From contig NC_045696.1 in assembly GCF_009834535.1 (NCBI RefSeq), positions 88,910,001 through 88,974,000 of the forward strand: DNA of 64,000 bases, written 5' to 3'. Below, in pieces: positions 42,380 to 56,982 of this stretch. Numbering within the stretch: position 1 is the first letter of the stretch; every line of letters begins with the position of its first letter. Under the pieces are notes generated by a model that was given only the letters and a program-made list of their open reading frames with translations, did not search any database and was not told where the DNA came from. The translations under genes and the position numbers were made by a program. This DNA comes from Camelus ferus. Taxonomy: Eukaryota.

Positions 42380-43480
42380 TTACTTTACAAAGTATACAGT
42401 AATCTGATGATTCTTAGCCTTCATCTTATTTGACCTATCAGCTCCATTAGATGTAGTTAATTTTGTATACTTCCTTGAAAAATAATTTTTTAACTTTATC
42501 CCATGTTTGCACAGATTCCTATTGCCTTTCATCTTACTAACTGTTACTTCTTAGTCTTATACCTCTTAATTTTTTGAATACCTAGTTATGCTCACTCCAT
42601 AGACAATCTTATCATATCACCTGGTTTTAAACACGGTTTATACACAGCCAACTTTCTAAATTGATACTTTCAGTCTTAACCTTGTCCTTGAACCCCAGGA
42701 TCAACTGACTGCTTGGTATCTCATTTTGATCCATTATGAGCCTATTCAACTTAGCATGTTCAAAAGTGATACTACCCCCAAACCTGCTAATCATTCAGTC
42801 TGCCCATCTCAGTAGATTGTAGTTCTTTCTGTTACTTGGACCAAAAACCTTTAAAGCCCTCATTGTTTCTTCTCTTTCATAATCCATTAGCAAATTTTGT
42901 AGGTTCTGTCTTCAAAATATATACAGAATCCACATCTCGTGATTTCCACTGCTATCACTCTGCTCCAACCTATTATCTGTTACCTGGATTATTACAGTTA
43001 TAGTATATTCCCAAAACAACGGCTGGAATGATTCTAAGTCAGAGTATGTCTCCTTTGCTCAAAACTCATCAGTAGCTTTCTCTCTCACTGAGAGTGAATG
43101 CCAGTATCTTTACAGTGGCCATCCATTTCCTACTGCTCTTTGTTCATTGCATGTCAGCCACCTGGACTCTTTGCCTTTTCCTTTTCTCTCATGTCTGGTC
43201 CTTTTTTACTCTCTAATTACTCTTCCTTTTGAATACTTTCTGCCAAATATCCACATGGCTTGCTCACTCATCTTAAGGTTTTTACTTCTCGGCTTTATAT
43301 GTTTCTCTCTAACATTTATCACTGTCTAACAGACTATGTATTTTAGTTTTATTGTCTTTCCCCACAGTAAAACGTAGATTCCATGAAGATAGATTTTTGT
43401 CCTTTTGTTCCCTGCTGTGCCTTAATGCTGAGAACAGTTTGTCATATATAGTGGCCAGTAATCATTTGTTGGATGAATGA
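42380..43480 (+). mobile_element. L2 relic
   Basis: cttcaaaatatatacagaatcc...cctttgctcaaaactc...ttccatgaag...tttgttggatgaatga tail. Confidence 0.7.
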
Positions 43481-46400
43481 CTGGCTTTCTGTGTAGATGT
43501 ACACATCTGTTTAGTATGTGAGCGTAATTAAGAGTTAATGCTTCACAAATGGTGCTTTAGTAAAGTAATTCAGTGATTTGCCTTTTAATGAGGAGTTTTC
43601 TGTTGCCATTGTAGAAGTCTTTGAACATAAGTTCACAAAAAAAGCTAGTATTTTTTAAATTTTTGAGGGAAAAGTAACTTATTTGAAGAGACATATAACA
43701 GAAGCAGACCTAGAATGAAAAAGTAGTGTGTTAGTATAAAGAACATTGGACTAAGGCCAGGATAATCTGAACCTTGCTATTCTTGGGCAAGTCACTGGGC
43801 TTTCTGTACAAAATGAGATAGTTTAAATGATTTCTATTTTTTCCAGTTGCAAAATCCTGCAGTGCTATTTGTGTAGATTTTTCTGTAACAAAACCATGAA
43901 TTTGAATTATGTTCATATATGTATATAACATACAAGGAAAATATTCCTTGATCTCTTGCTTTTCCTGTTTTGCTTTAATCTGATACTGTTTTGTAAATGG
44001 AAAAATAAATTGGTTTTCTAATCTGAGAATGCACCAGATAAGCAGAGATAGCAGATTTCTTCACTGGTAGTAAAGCTTGAGTTGTGTTGACTTCCTTAAT
44101 TTGGTTGAATCTCATTTATTTCTTGTTCTTTGTAATTTTTCCCAGTGTCTTTCCCATGTATTGAGCTTCCTACAACCTGTCATTCAGTCAGTTCCTGAAA
44201 TTGTATTTCTTCTGTAAAGTACTCAAAAACATTTGAAGATAAATGATCATTCTTGCCAGGATTTGATTGGTCTCATTCTAAAAGTGAAGGGAGTACCTTC
44301 CCTTTTGCTCATTATAAAACTCAAATATGTATTTGATTAGTATAACAGGTTTCTTTATACTTTGTTCTTAATCATTTTCTATAAGTGATTCTGAAACTTC
44401 ACCTTGCAGCATTTCCCATCTCTGAGAAGGTGGTTATATGTGTCTCACCAAACTTATGGTCATTTCTTAACATTTTTCTTTCCCTACCAATTACATGCTC
44501 ATCAGCAACACACATGCACAGACACACACACATATACTCAGAGTTCATTTGTTTGGTGATTATCTGTTACCAAATCTAGCTATTGAAAACTCTAAGATTT
44601 CTATGTCCTTTTAACATTTGCAGCATAATTTAAGGGAAAAAAAAGATGCAAAATGTGAAAACACTGAGCAACTATACCAGAGCCACAAAATACTTCATTA
44701 TTTACAATTTTGAGCAATGGCCTTTTCAGGATTCTGAGCATAGAAGTTATTGCCATGTGTAGTAACTTGTACAAATGGCAGTTAAATGTTTTTGTGACAA
44801 CATTGTTTTTTGAAGTTGATAAAATTGATAATTTTGAGGAATAAAAGATGTTAAAATCCCCTGACTCTACAGATGAAGAAATTAATGCCCATAAACATGG
44901 TAACTTGCCTAAGATTGCATTGATTGAAGGTAGAACTGGGACTAGTAGCCATATACCAGTAGAGTAGTGTTTAGTCATGGTAGTAACTCATCTTGGGGGG
45001 AGACGACGTGTATGTATGCATGTATTTTCTCCTCCTATATTTTATATATATATATACACACACGCACATACACACATAGCCCTTGTACAAGATGGGTAAA
45101 TATAGAAAACTTTGGAAACTTAACTTTTTCCTCTTCTTCTTATCTTTATTTTCTAACTTTTCCAAACAGACGTGTCTAACTTTTGAATTTAATGCATTTT
45201 CCTATTGTTTGAATATTGAATAGTTAGTGAAACTCTACTGTAATTCCATTCCTTAGAGTTAACAACTGTTAACAGTTTCTTACATTTTTTGTGATTTTTA
45301 AAAAAATTACATTCATATACTAATACATTAAGTTTCAGTGCTTATAATTTACATGTAGATCATTTTAAAGTATGGTGTCTGTAGCCTAGAATTATTTAAA
45401 ATTGCTCCAAAAGTTTGTGAAGGTTAAATCTGGCCTCCTACTATGAGTTTTCTTTCAGATTTCTCTTATACTCATCTCCATTAATCTTTTTACTTGTCAG
45501 AGATGAAGAACTTGATTCTGTTTATGAAGACTTTTGCCTGTTACTAGTAGTGCTAATTAGAATTTTTCTCTACTACTGCTACCATTAGTAAGTACTATCT
45601 CTGAGAAATAAATCCACAGTTTGAGCAAGCATTTAATCTTAAGCATTTAAAACTTTATTGTCATAAATGTAAATTTTAAATTCATTTGTTAATTACATGC
45701 AATTTGACAACATGTATACTATTTGGCAAAGTCATAAATAAGCATCATAATGACTGCTGCTGGAGAGATCAAGAATGGAGATGAAAGGAGGGAGAAATAG
45801 GTAAAGAATGGGAGAACAGATTTTTGTAGTTATTTATTTTTAGCATTTGTTTTACTATATTTATTGGGTTAAATAGCTATTGTACTTATCAGATATGTGT
45901 ATATAACTTCTTAAAAACTGCCAAATTGAGATAAAACTCACCTTGTGTAAAACTCACCCATTTTAAATATACAATTAAATGATTTCTAGTAAATTTTCAG
46001 AGTTGTGCTTACATTACTACAGTCCAGTTTTAAAATATCTCATCACTTCACAAAAGATCTTCTCCTTGTTTAATTTTTTTCTTTTTTGTGCTTTTACCTA
46101 AATATCAATATTCCTAGGGTATAAATGACAGGCTGGATGAAATAAAATCAGACTATTCTGTTCCTTATCCTTTGGATGACTAACTTTAGAATTTTCTTTA
46201 AACATTTTTCTCTAGTGAGACTTACTGAGTCCTTACTGATCTAAACCCTAACTTTTTACTCAAGAAAACTAGAAAATTTAAATCATTCTGTTTCATACAG
46301 TATATTATTTACATCATCATATCTTAAAATTAGTAGTTTTTAAAGTTTTAAAGAAAACTGTATATTGATTAAAAAGTGACTTAGAAATTAAGTAAAAAGA

Positions 46401-48834
46401 ACTATATACTCTACACCCAACCAGAGCAGAGAAAGTGTTTAATCCCTAGAACCTAGTACAGTAATGGACACATAGTAATTATTTGTTAATTTTAAAAATC
46501 GACATTCCTTTTAAAAGTATCATTCGGTGTTCTGTAAGATTCATATGTTTTGAATTTTTTGACAATTTCTTGCCTCCTTTTGCCAGAATTTAGAATTTTG
46601 AAGCTATATTACAAGCAAAGAAATATAAAAATTCTGGGCAATCAGCTTGAACTCTACTCTTTATTCAGTACCCCCACCCTTTACAGCCTTTGTCCTTTGG
46701 ATAGTCTTTGGCCTATAAATAAGCCGTTGGTCAGTTTGGCAGCCTTTTGAAATTCTTCGGCAGCTTACTGCATCAGTGTAGGTCATGTGAATCCGCAATT
46801 AATGTTTTTGCATATAGTATATAAAAACCCTGTTTTTTAAGATAAGGAAAGATTTAGAAAAAGAAACCTTACATACCCCTTTAATGGGACCCCCAGAGAA
46901 ATAAAAGTCCTTGATTTGAGATGGGGTTGTGCCTTGAAAATGTCCAAATATATAATGCCACTTTTAAGGCATTTATTTTTTGCAATAAAAAACATGGCAA
47001 ATGCTGTCAGGCTGGTGCATCTGATGTCTTTCTACTATTTCATTCAATCTTCACCTTGGAGGCAACAGCTTTCTGTCAAGAGAAGAAAACTTTCTTGCTC
47101 TATAAGAAAGAGATTGTCAGTTCTCTCATTTTGCAAATTAAGTTTCTGTGGGCAATAATAGCCCAAAGCTTATGTCACAAATACAGTGTCAAATTGGTTT
47201 GATAAATCCTTTATTACAAATGATTAGAAACTTCAAATTTAATAAATAAGATATACTAAAATGGGAAAAAGTTTTGTGGTACAAATATTTATGTAAATAT
47301 GTAGCATTTGTTTATAATTTATTAATAGTTTGCTTTAGTAAAAAGAAGTTAAAGCCCATTTATTATACCTTAATCCCATTTCTTTAGATGCGGGGTTTTA
47401 TTTAACTAATGCAAATTTATTAGACTACAAATAATCTCTGTCAGAAGTCAACCTATTATTGAACAAATCTTTTAAGTAGTACATTTTACAGATTTTATTT
47501 TCTGTATATGAGACACAGGACATAGTTTTTGGTATTGTCACTTACTTGAGTTGCTTGTTAGTTTTGTATTATGATACAGTGAAAGCCCACTGTCTCGATA
47601 ATAGTACTTTTGCTTTAATATGAAACACAGGCTCTAAAATTGGCTTGAACTCTGACTTTAAAACTTGCGGGAGACAATATGGCTTAGGGGTTAATTGGCT
47701 TTGTATGAGGCTGTCTGAATTCTAATCCTGGCTGTCCCATTTCTAGCTATGTAGCATTGGCCAAGTAATTCAACTCTCTAAGCCTTAGTCTCCTTATTTC
47801 TAAAAAGAAAGAAATGTTTCTTCTTCTTACCTCTTAAGGCTGTAATGATTAAACCATAGGGAAAATTGAAACTCTTATTGTAATACCTGGCTAATTTATT
47901 TCATTCATTTCAAGCCTGTTTTATTAGCATTTTTAAATTGAGTCTTGGTATTTTTAAAACCCATGTCTGTACCGAAGTTTGAATGATCACTTAAACAAAG
48001 ATGGAATAAATTGGTTTGGTCAAAAATTGAGGTAAAGATTTCTGCACATATAAGTATACCAGTATATTTTGAGAAGGAATAGTTCTTATTCCTCATGTTA
48101 TTCCTTATAGATAGAAAATACATTCTAGTGGGGAGAGGGATAATAAATAAAGTTATATATAGTATGTTAGAAAGTGGTAAGTGGTATGGAGAAAATATGG
48201 CAGAGAAGCTCAGTAGAGAGTATCCAGACACATAGTCCCTGGATAGTTAGGAAGAGGAAGACCTCACCACGAAGGGACGTTTGAAACACTCGAAGATGAG
48301 TGAACCCTGCAGATAGTGAGGGAAGAGCATTGCAGCCTGAGGAAGCAGCAGTAGTGGTAATAAATAGCTAACATGGGCACTGCCATGTGCCAGGAACTAG
48401 TTATGCACTTTACATATGTTAACTTATTTAACCCTTATTGTAATTCTGTGAAATAGGTATTTTATTATTCTCATTTTAAGATGAGGAAACAGGCATGGCA
48501 GGCTATTAAGTATTATGGCTGAAAATTGAAACTACACACTTTGACTCTAGAGTCCATCTTAGCAGTTACTGTATAGTGTGTTACAGAAGGCCTTGAAGAG
48601 AGAATTTCCAGTGTGTTAGAGGAATAACAAAGTTAGGATACAGCAGAATGAATGGAGAGAATGAAAGGAGCTTAGATCTGAGAGGTGATTAACTAGGGAG
48701 GGGATGAGGTAGAAAGATTAAAGTGGACTTAAGTCCTTGCAATGACTGGACATTTAAAGTAGAGAACCATTGGATGGTTTTGAAGAAGGGAATAACATGA
48801 TCTGATTGACTTTTTAGAAAAGATTCGTTACTGA

Positions 48835-49265
48835 GTCCTTCCCATGGAGTCTATGGGTAGAATTCAGGAGGGCCTGGGAACTTAGAAAGAATATTTCCTT
48901 CACTTAATAATGTAGCCAATAAACCTCAGTAGTTATTAACATTACCTGTGATTTTTGTCATCACCAATAAAAATCACATTATTGCAAGATATCCTGAAAT
49001 ACCATTTATGGTCTTGATTCCTTTGAAAGTATGTAGTAGGTATTAGACACACTGGTAGATTACAATTATGATAATGTGATAATGAAGTGCATATATTACA
49101 GTATTTTTTTGTATTTCTATTTTTTTTGCAACTATATATCAGTTTGTGGGGGTTTTTTTTTTGTAATCTTACATGTTTCGTTTATTTAAAAACACTGAGG
49201 AGGTGTCCATTGATTTGACCAGCCTGCTAAAGAAGGCTGTGACACACAAAAATTAAAATTCCCTA
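48835..49265. mobile_element. MER119-like hAT element inside an L2 relic (~48100-49560)
   Basis: ggagtctatgggtagaattcagg...gtgacacacaaaaattaaaattccct; the L2 sequence resumes on both sides. Confidence 0.55.
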
Positions 49266-50064
49266 TGAAGATTACTTCGGTTGTTGTGATAGTAATGGAC
49301 TAGGAGAAAGATGGATGGCAAGAGTGTAAAGCGGGATACAAATTAGGAGGCTTTTGCAGCAACCTAGGAGAGAGATTAATAAGTTGGACCAGAGAGGAGG
49401 TGGTAGAGAAGTCAGTTAAGTTTTGAAGGTTCAATCAGTAGAATTTGCTTAACAAACTGAATGTGAAATGTGAGGGAAAAAAGAAGAGTCAGGGATGGCT
49501 CTAAGATTTTTGGTCTGTGCAACTGAAAGAGTGGAGTTGCCATTTGCTGAAAATCTCTTTGAAATTATTAATAGATTATTAATAAGTTTGAGATATTTAT
49601 TTGGCATTATTTTGAGTATTACTTGCCATTTCTACTTAATATGTCTTGGCATATATAGTCATTAGAATGAAGTGGACCTATACATAGAAAGAGCTTGAAC
49701 TTTTGTTGTTTCTGAATGTTTGAATATTTTTGCAGTGAGCATGTATCCATGTGTTAGGTAACTTTAAAATGAAAAAAAATGTTAAAAAATTGAATGGTTA
49801 GAATATGTGATAGAATAATTATGTGCTCTTTAGAAAGAATAAAACAGATCTGCATTTACCACCATGGAAGATCACTAAGACCTACAGATAAAGTAAACAA
49901 AAATAGGGTGAAGAACAAATAAATAGATAAGTGTGTCAGAGTCGTAGTAAATCTAACAGTGTTTACCTTTAGGTAAAGACACTGGATAGATGGGAAGGTT
50001 CTCTCCCCCTTCCCCACCTCCCACCCCTTTTTAAAAGCAGTTGAATTTACTAACCTTGTACATG

Positions 50065-50180
50065 TTTTTTTTTTAATTTTAAAATTTATTTATTTTTAAT
50101 GGAGGTACTGGGGATTCAACCCAGGACTTCATGCATGCTAAGCATGTGCTCTACCACTGAGCTTATATATACCTCTCTCC
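50065..50180 (-). mobile_element. tRNA-Ala-derived SINE (Vic-1-like)
   Basis: ggaggtactggggattcaacccaggac...ctctaccactgagct. Confidence 0.9.
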
Positions 50181-50521
50181 TGCTTTCTAAATTGGTTCAT
50201 ATAGGGGGTGAGATTATGGGTTCTTTTATTCTTTGTACATTTGTACTTTAATAATTCTTGTATTACAGTTTTAAAAAATTATGATACATCTAATATTACA
50301 GATCTAGTAATAATTTCAAAGCAGATTTCAGTATTTGAGAATGTGAATATGAAGATAGAAAATCATCTATATAATTATTATGAGTAAAATATGACTATGT
50401 ACATATCTGATTAGAAGAAAAGATTAGGGAATGTACATCAAAATGTTAATAGCAGTTTTCTATAGGTGATGGAATTTGAGGTAATTTTTAAAAATAATTT
50501 TCTTTATTTAATTTCTTGTAG

Positions 50522-50566
50522 ACTATGAGAAGACAACGAAATGAAGTTGTAGTTGAATTAAGGAAG
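50522..50566 (+). CDS. KPNA4: KPNA4 coding exon 2 (TMRRQRNEVVVELRK, IBB domain)
   Basis: Acceptor ttcttgtag|, donor |gtgagt; 45 nt, phase 0-0; continues the exon 1 frame after a 26,552-nt intron. Confidence 0.97.
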
Positions 50567-51430
50567 GTGAGTGATTAATTTGGGGTACTACCAAATATAA
50601 TTCTAATAACATTACAGCAGATAGAGAAGATAGCAAATGTATATTAGTTTCAAGTGCTTAATTAGCATTTCTTTTTCTTTTCAAAATGGAAAGATTGACT
50701 AAATTTGACAAGCTATTAAAGTTGGCAAGATACAGTTTGTCCACTACCCAAAAATAGAGAACACATTATCAGATGGTTTTTTCCTTCCTTAATTTTAGAT
50801 GATTTATAGAAAGTATAAGTCCATGAGTATACAGTTACACCTAAATAGTTCTGCTATTTACATAGTAATTACTCCCTGAAGGGAACTTGTTACTTAAAAA
50901 TTGTATCAAGCTTTTCAAGTATTAAAGTAGGTTAGTTGAGAATATATTTTTTAATTTGTCCCGGACATTTTAAGTGAAATTCATGTGGCCCTTGATTTTT
51001 ATAAGGCATTGTTGATTTTTGTCTGATTTTGAACTGCCCAACTTTTGCTTTGACTTTGTTTTTAGGTGATAAAGAGAAGCTTCCAGATGATGTATAAAAT
51101 GGTTTAGTACTTTTAAATGAATATGTATGTTTGGTTCTGGCTTAAACTGTACACTGTCTTTTTTAATCAAATTATTTCATTTTTTAGTTTGTTTTTACGT
51201 AGTTCACAGTTCATTAAAAATGTAATATTTGGAGTTTGAGACTCAAATTAGTGTTGCTTAAGTGTTTAATTCACAATTTGGTTTTGATTTTCTGCATTTG
51301 CATTTTGCTTTTAAAAGGCACTTTGTATTTTTTTGTAGGCACAGGATCACCTAAATTTATATGAAAGTATTTAGCTTTTTAAAATTTAACTGAAGTTCTT
51401 TTATTTATTTATTTATTTATTATTTTAAAG

Positions 51431-51520
51431 AATAAAAGAGATGAACATCTCTTAAAGAGAAGGAACGTACCACATGAAGATATCTGTGAAGATTCTGATA
51501 TAGATGGTGATTATAGAGTG
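51431..51520 (+). CDS. KPNA4: KPNA4 coding exon 3 ([30 protein letters not shown])
   Basis: ttttaaag| acceptor, |gtaagt donor; 90 nt; contains the IBB KRR autoinhibitory motif. Confidence 0.97.
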
Positions 51521-51626
51521 GTAAGTTGTTATTCTGGAAACTTAAAAATACCAATGAAAGATTTTTACATAAATATAGAATTTTAAGGTGATTTTTTAAC
51601 TTAGTTTTCTCTAACTTTTTCCCCAG

Positions 51627-51656
51627 CAAAATACCTCTTTAGAAGCTATTGTTCAA
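51627..51656 (+). CDS. KPNA4: KPNA4 coding exon 4 (QNTSLEAIVQ)
   Basis: ctaac branch-like site, ttttccccag| acceptor, |gtaagt donor; 30 nt in frame. Confidence 0.96.
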
Positions 51657-51745
51657 GTAAGTTGAATTTTTTTCCTCTCTTTATTTCTTGGATTTAATAA
51701 CTAATTATTGTGTATTTGCATCAAAAATTGTTTTATTTTTTATAG

Positions 51746-51798
51746 AATGCATCAAGTGATAACCAAGGAATTCAATTAAGTGCAGTTCAAGCTGCTAG
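51746..51798 (+). CDS. KPNA4: KPNA4 coding exon 5 (NASSDNQGIQLSAVQAAR)
   Basis: ttttatag| acceptor, |gtaagt donor; 53 nt. Confidence 0.96.
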
Positions 51799-52758
51799 GT
51801 AAGTTAAATTTCAAGGACATATTTAAATTTTATAACTTACACAAAACTCATGAGTACACTGACGCTTTAGTGTGCGTAGTATGTACAAATGCTAGGGAAA
51901 AGTTGATTTGACAAGTTATTTCTGTAGACTAATAGAAAACCATTACTTATAAAGCTTTTACCTTTTATTGATTAACAGGTTTAATTTTATTAAAAGTCAG
52001 ATTTTTCAGATCCTGCCCTGGTAGCTAATTTTTCTCACAATCCTCATACTGATCAAACAGTAATAAAAACTACTGTAGCAGTGCACAGGCAAGTAGAGAC
52101 ATTAAGATTTCAGCCTACAGAGACTCTCAGTCTCTTTCGGTGTAGAAATATTAAGTTATTTTTGTATATTTCAGTTGTAAAACCTATGTGCTCACATTTT
52201 AAGGGGAAAATCAGGAAAACTTGCTGAGGCATTTGTATTTAATTAATAGGTTGGGGAAGACAGGTTGTGTCATAGTACAATATAGTGGTTGCTCTGTGTT
52301 TTTATAAATAAAAGAATAACACCCTGTGTTGTGTAGGGAAGAGATACTTAAGCATGAAGTTGATTCTAGTTTTAGAATTTCAAAGTACAAGAGTTCATAG
52401 GTTCACCTAATATATGATCCAGTGCATGAGTCCCTTTTATGTTTATTAGACTTTTCCTACTTTTGTGTATCCACTTTAAACACTTTAATCCACTTAGAAC
52501 AGATAAGGAAATTATAGGTGGGCAACCTGAGTGTTGCCCACCTCAGGTAAAAGAATTTCTTAGAACAAACTTGGTTATGTAGGAAGGAAATCACAGAAGC
52601 TTTCACATCTCAAAAATGACAAATAGTGTTAATAGGAAGAATGATTAAGAAATTGAAGCTTTATGCTCATCATTGTCAGGGTTGATTATAGTATTGGAGC
52701 AAGAGCTCTTCTCAGCATGAAGTTCTGGAGATGATTAAAGCCCTAAGGCCCCTAAAGC

Positions 52759-53095
52759 CAGGCTTCTTAAAATATGATCTGTTGGTCCCTAGGAAATCCT
52801 GAGATAACTTCAGAGGGTATTATTTTCACCATAGTTCCAAGACTTTATTTGCCTTTTTTTTTTTTTTTTTTTAACTGTGTTAACATTCACATTGATGTTG
52901 CAAAAGCTACTGTGGGTAAACTACTGGCACCTTAGCACAAATCAAGACAATGATACCAGACTGATTATATATTGTATTTTGTACATATTGTATGTGCCAT
53001 TATGTGCTTAAAGGAAAAAGGCTATTTCTCTTTAAGAATGTCCTCAATGAAGTAGTGAAAAAAAATTATTATTCTAATAAATTTGAAACCTTGAT
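52759..53095 (+). mobile_element. Charlie1-type terminal fragment
   Basis: gcaaaagctactgtgggtaaactactggcaccttagcacaaatcaag resembles the Charlie1 left end. Confidence 0.6.
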
Positions 53096-54389
53096 TAAGA
53101 AAGACTGGGTTAAAAAATGTCTGGGTTATTTCCTACTTTGTGCAAAGAATTGTGCCATTTATTATGGAAAATACTGTGGAAAAGCATGTGGAATAAGTTC
53201 TTGCTCTTGAAGAAATTTAGAACCTAATGAAGAAGGCAAAAACTATGTAAGAAATCGTGACGTTCAATAATAAATGTAGGTGTATGCTGTGGAATTCAGA
53301 GAGGGTATTGTGAAAACATATAACTTGAAATGGACTTTGAATAGATAGTTTGAATAAACAGGAAAGAGGGCATTCCAGGTGTGAGGAATTAGGATATGGA
53401 GGGCATGGAAATGAGACTGAAATGTTGGGACAGACAACTGACCTATTGTTGAATAACAGAGAATAAGGTTAGTTAGGTAAATAAGATGGAGCCAATGTGT
53501 GAAATGGTGTAAAGCTAGGTCAAGGAGTTTACGTTGATAGGGTAGTAAATTAGCAGCTATCACTTAGTTTATATAGGATCTGATTAAGCTTTCTTTTTTA
53601 TATGTATACATACGTATTTTTATTAAAGAGCAGTCAGTTTACAATGTTGTGTCAGTTTCTGGTATACAGCAGAATTGATAAAGCTTTTTTAAACATTACC
53701 TTTATATAGTAGTTCTGGAGTTCAAATGGGTGAAGATTTGTGTTGGGTCACACTGAGAGCTTTTCAGCTAAAACTACATACAGTCTACCACATGTGTAAA
53801 TGAATATTGTTGTTTTACTCTAAGCTCTATAAGAGCAAGGATGTCTGTCTTGTTCACCTTAGTATCTCTAATATCTCTCTGGATATTTTTCTGTGTATTG
53901 CTGTGCTTATTCCATTTCCTTTAGTTGCTGAGATGAGAATGTTGTTAAGCTTTTATGACCTCTGATTTGGTGTATAGAGTAGGACTGAAGAACTGGACAC
54001 TTATGTTATGACACACAAGTCATAAACTTGTACCAGCATCCTGCCAATTTTTTGCCCTTTGACTTTGTTGTGACCTAGTAATGAATAATTTGGGATATAT
54101 TAGTGACCTCTTAATTCCTTTCTTAGTAAGGTAAATGCCATGTTGAAGAAGTCTGCCCATTTTTTTTCTCTGACCACAAAATTAAGTCCAAAGGTAACAC
54201 ATATAAAACATTTAGTTATCTTTTTATGTTATATTTGGGACTTAACTGTTGGAATAATATTACTATACTAATTTTTAAAAAGTGGTAAAGTGGTTCATGG
54301 CTATTTTTTCCTTGTTAATAATCTATAAATTTGTAAATCAATCTTTTTATAATATAGAAAAGGCTACATTATATAAATTTAAAAAGTAA

Positions 54390-54611
<222 letters not shown>

Positions 54612-54842
54612 TAAGTACATTATTTTAAGAAATAATTTAGGATGTATCCTTTATAGGAGACAAGATTTTCTAGTAGTTAGTTTGATCTTGAAAGAAAAAA
54701 GAAGGGGCTGTAAGATGGAGTGGAAAAGCCAAACTGAAAAGCAATATATAAGATGTGTTTACACCAAGAGAGGAAGGTAAAGGCCAAACAGAAACTTTCA
54801 AATGATACATTTAACTTGCAAGCTTTGAAAATTGTAAGCTTT

Positions 54843-54951
54843 TTAAAATTGGAATTCAATCCACGTTTAATTGTGAAATTTTACCAGCTTAATTTGACAT
54901 TTGTCAATATGTTAAAACTGTCATTTTGACGATGAATAAGTAGTCTGCTAG
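54843..54951 (+). repeat. Copy 1 of a ~110-bp intronic direct duplication (intron 6)
   Basis: ttaaaattggaattcaatcca...gttaaaactgtcattttga.gatgaata aligns with 56563-56672. Confidence 0.88.
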
Positions 54952-55221
54952 TCAGTCTAGTTTAGCCACATAGATACTTGAGAATACTGTTTGGGTAGTA
55001 ATGTGGAGGTATCTTAGTAAAGAGTTCTTACTAAAAACAAGTACACCTGAGGAGGCTGTATGCATTATATAGTGAAGAGATATTTTAAATAGTCATTGGA
55101 GATTAAAAAAAATGTGCTGGATACATAGATATGTTTTGAAGCAAAATATTTAATGTAAAATGCTAGAGGGGAGGAATGGTTTGTAGATACTTGGGCCAAT
55201 ATAAAAATCCCTACTTGTTAA

Positions 55222-55374
<153 letters not shown>

Positions 55375-56562
55375 TAATTTTTTAAAAAACAGTGCTTTTC
55401 CTAAAAGAATAGAGTTATTTATATTATAAAATATTAGCTATTCTGTAACACACAGGGTAATTGAAATAGGCCAAATTAAGTATGTTACTTTGGTCATCTT
55501 GTCCCAGTGACTGACATTTTCCATTTCCAAAAATGCATTTGATTCTGAATCTAAGAACATTTCCTAATCATAGTAGCAGGTTACATTCTTGTAGTTAAAC
55601 TTTATTTATAGGGCATCACATAAATAAAAGTGTTTTTCCATTGTCCTACTACCTGTTGGCCTCTCTTAATGAGATTTCCCTCATACGTTTTGGGGAAATC
55701 TTTTATAAAGTAGTCCTACATAAAAGAATGGCTTGCAGATTTTTTTTCATTGTCATTATAAGATTGATTGTCTTTGTGTTCCAAGAAATGTAAGTGGGAA
55801 ATAATTATTGGAAGTAATAACCTGAGTTTTCATGAATACCATTTGATTCTTTTCCTAAGCAAAAAAATTAATAATTTTAAAGAAAATACTTTTAAAAATC
55901 CCTTTCAAGTTTGGAAGCAGTATACTTGTCTAAGCTTGTTAAAATCTTAAGCAATAATTTCTTCATGATTTTGAAGAGGAACAAAACTATAAGCAGTAAG
56001 CACTGTAAACACTTGTATTATAATATTACATAGGAAAGATAATTTGGGGTTCAAATGGTCTTTGATTTTGTTTTGTTTTTTTTGGTTTTGTTTTGTTTTG
56101 TATAGTTGACTGTTCAGTAAATTTTATGATTTCAAGACGATCCCTCACTCTTCTTCCTTTCTCTTTTTTGTTCTTTAAAGATTAGAAGAGGCTTAGAATT
56201 TAACACTGCTAGTCTGTCTTAATATACCAAAAGTAATAGATAAATGAATTACTTTTTATTACAAGTAAGCATGATTGATCCACATGTACTTAAATAGCAG
56301 TTTTCAAAGCAATATCAGAAAGAAGAAAGGAAATAGAAGAATCATTTGTTCAGTGCAATATTATTCTGTTAAACCTGTCTCTGTTTTTCTCATCCTTGTT
56401 AAGCAACAGAATCATTTTCTGATTCAGAAGGTGGCACAGGAATCACTGGCCTGGCTAAAGACCAATGTGATGTTATTTAAATTTTTATATTTGAAAGTTA
56501 CTTCAACAATTAAATTTTTTTTCCAAATTTGAAGATAATGCTGAATCTATAAGTAATTAATC

Positions 56563-56672
56563 TTAAAATTGGAATTCAATCCAGGTTTAATTGTAAATGA
56601 AATTTTATCAGTTTAGTTTAACATTTTGTCGATATGTTAAAACTGTCATTTTGATGATGAATAGTCTATTAG
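56563..56672 (+). repeat. Copy 2 of a ~110-bp intronic direct duplication (intron 7)
   Basis: Aligns with 54843-54951, with substitutions and small indels. Confidence 0.88.
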
Positions 56673-56895
56673 AAATTTTCCACTACTATTATTCTAATGA
56701 AAATTATTTAATAAGGATATATTTTAAATACATTTTTGATAGCTTTCTTTCTTTTGAGGTTTCAACAGAGAAACAAGATTGATTTTTGGTTTAGATACAG
56801 TATTTTTAACCTTTTTAAAAATTTTACTGAGATATGTAATTGACATACAACAGTATCTTCAAACATAAGTGATAACTTATGTTTTCCTCCTTCAG

Positions 56896-56982
56896 ATGCT
56901 GTGCCACTTTTCCTGAGGCTTCTCCATTCACCCCATCAAAATGTCTGTGAGCAAGCAGTGTGGGCTTTGGGAAATATCATAG
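56896..56982 (+). CDS. KPNA4: KPNA4 coding exon 8 ([28 protein letters not shown])
   Basis: cctccttcag| acceptor, |gtttgt donor; 87 nt; ARM WxxxN motif. Confidence 0.97.
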
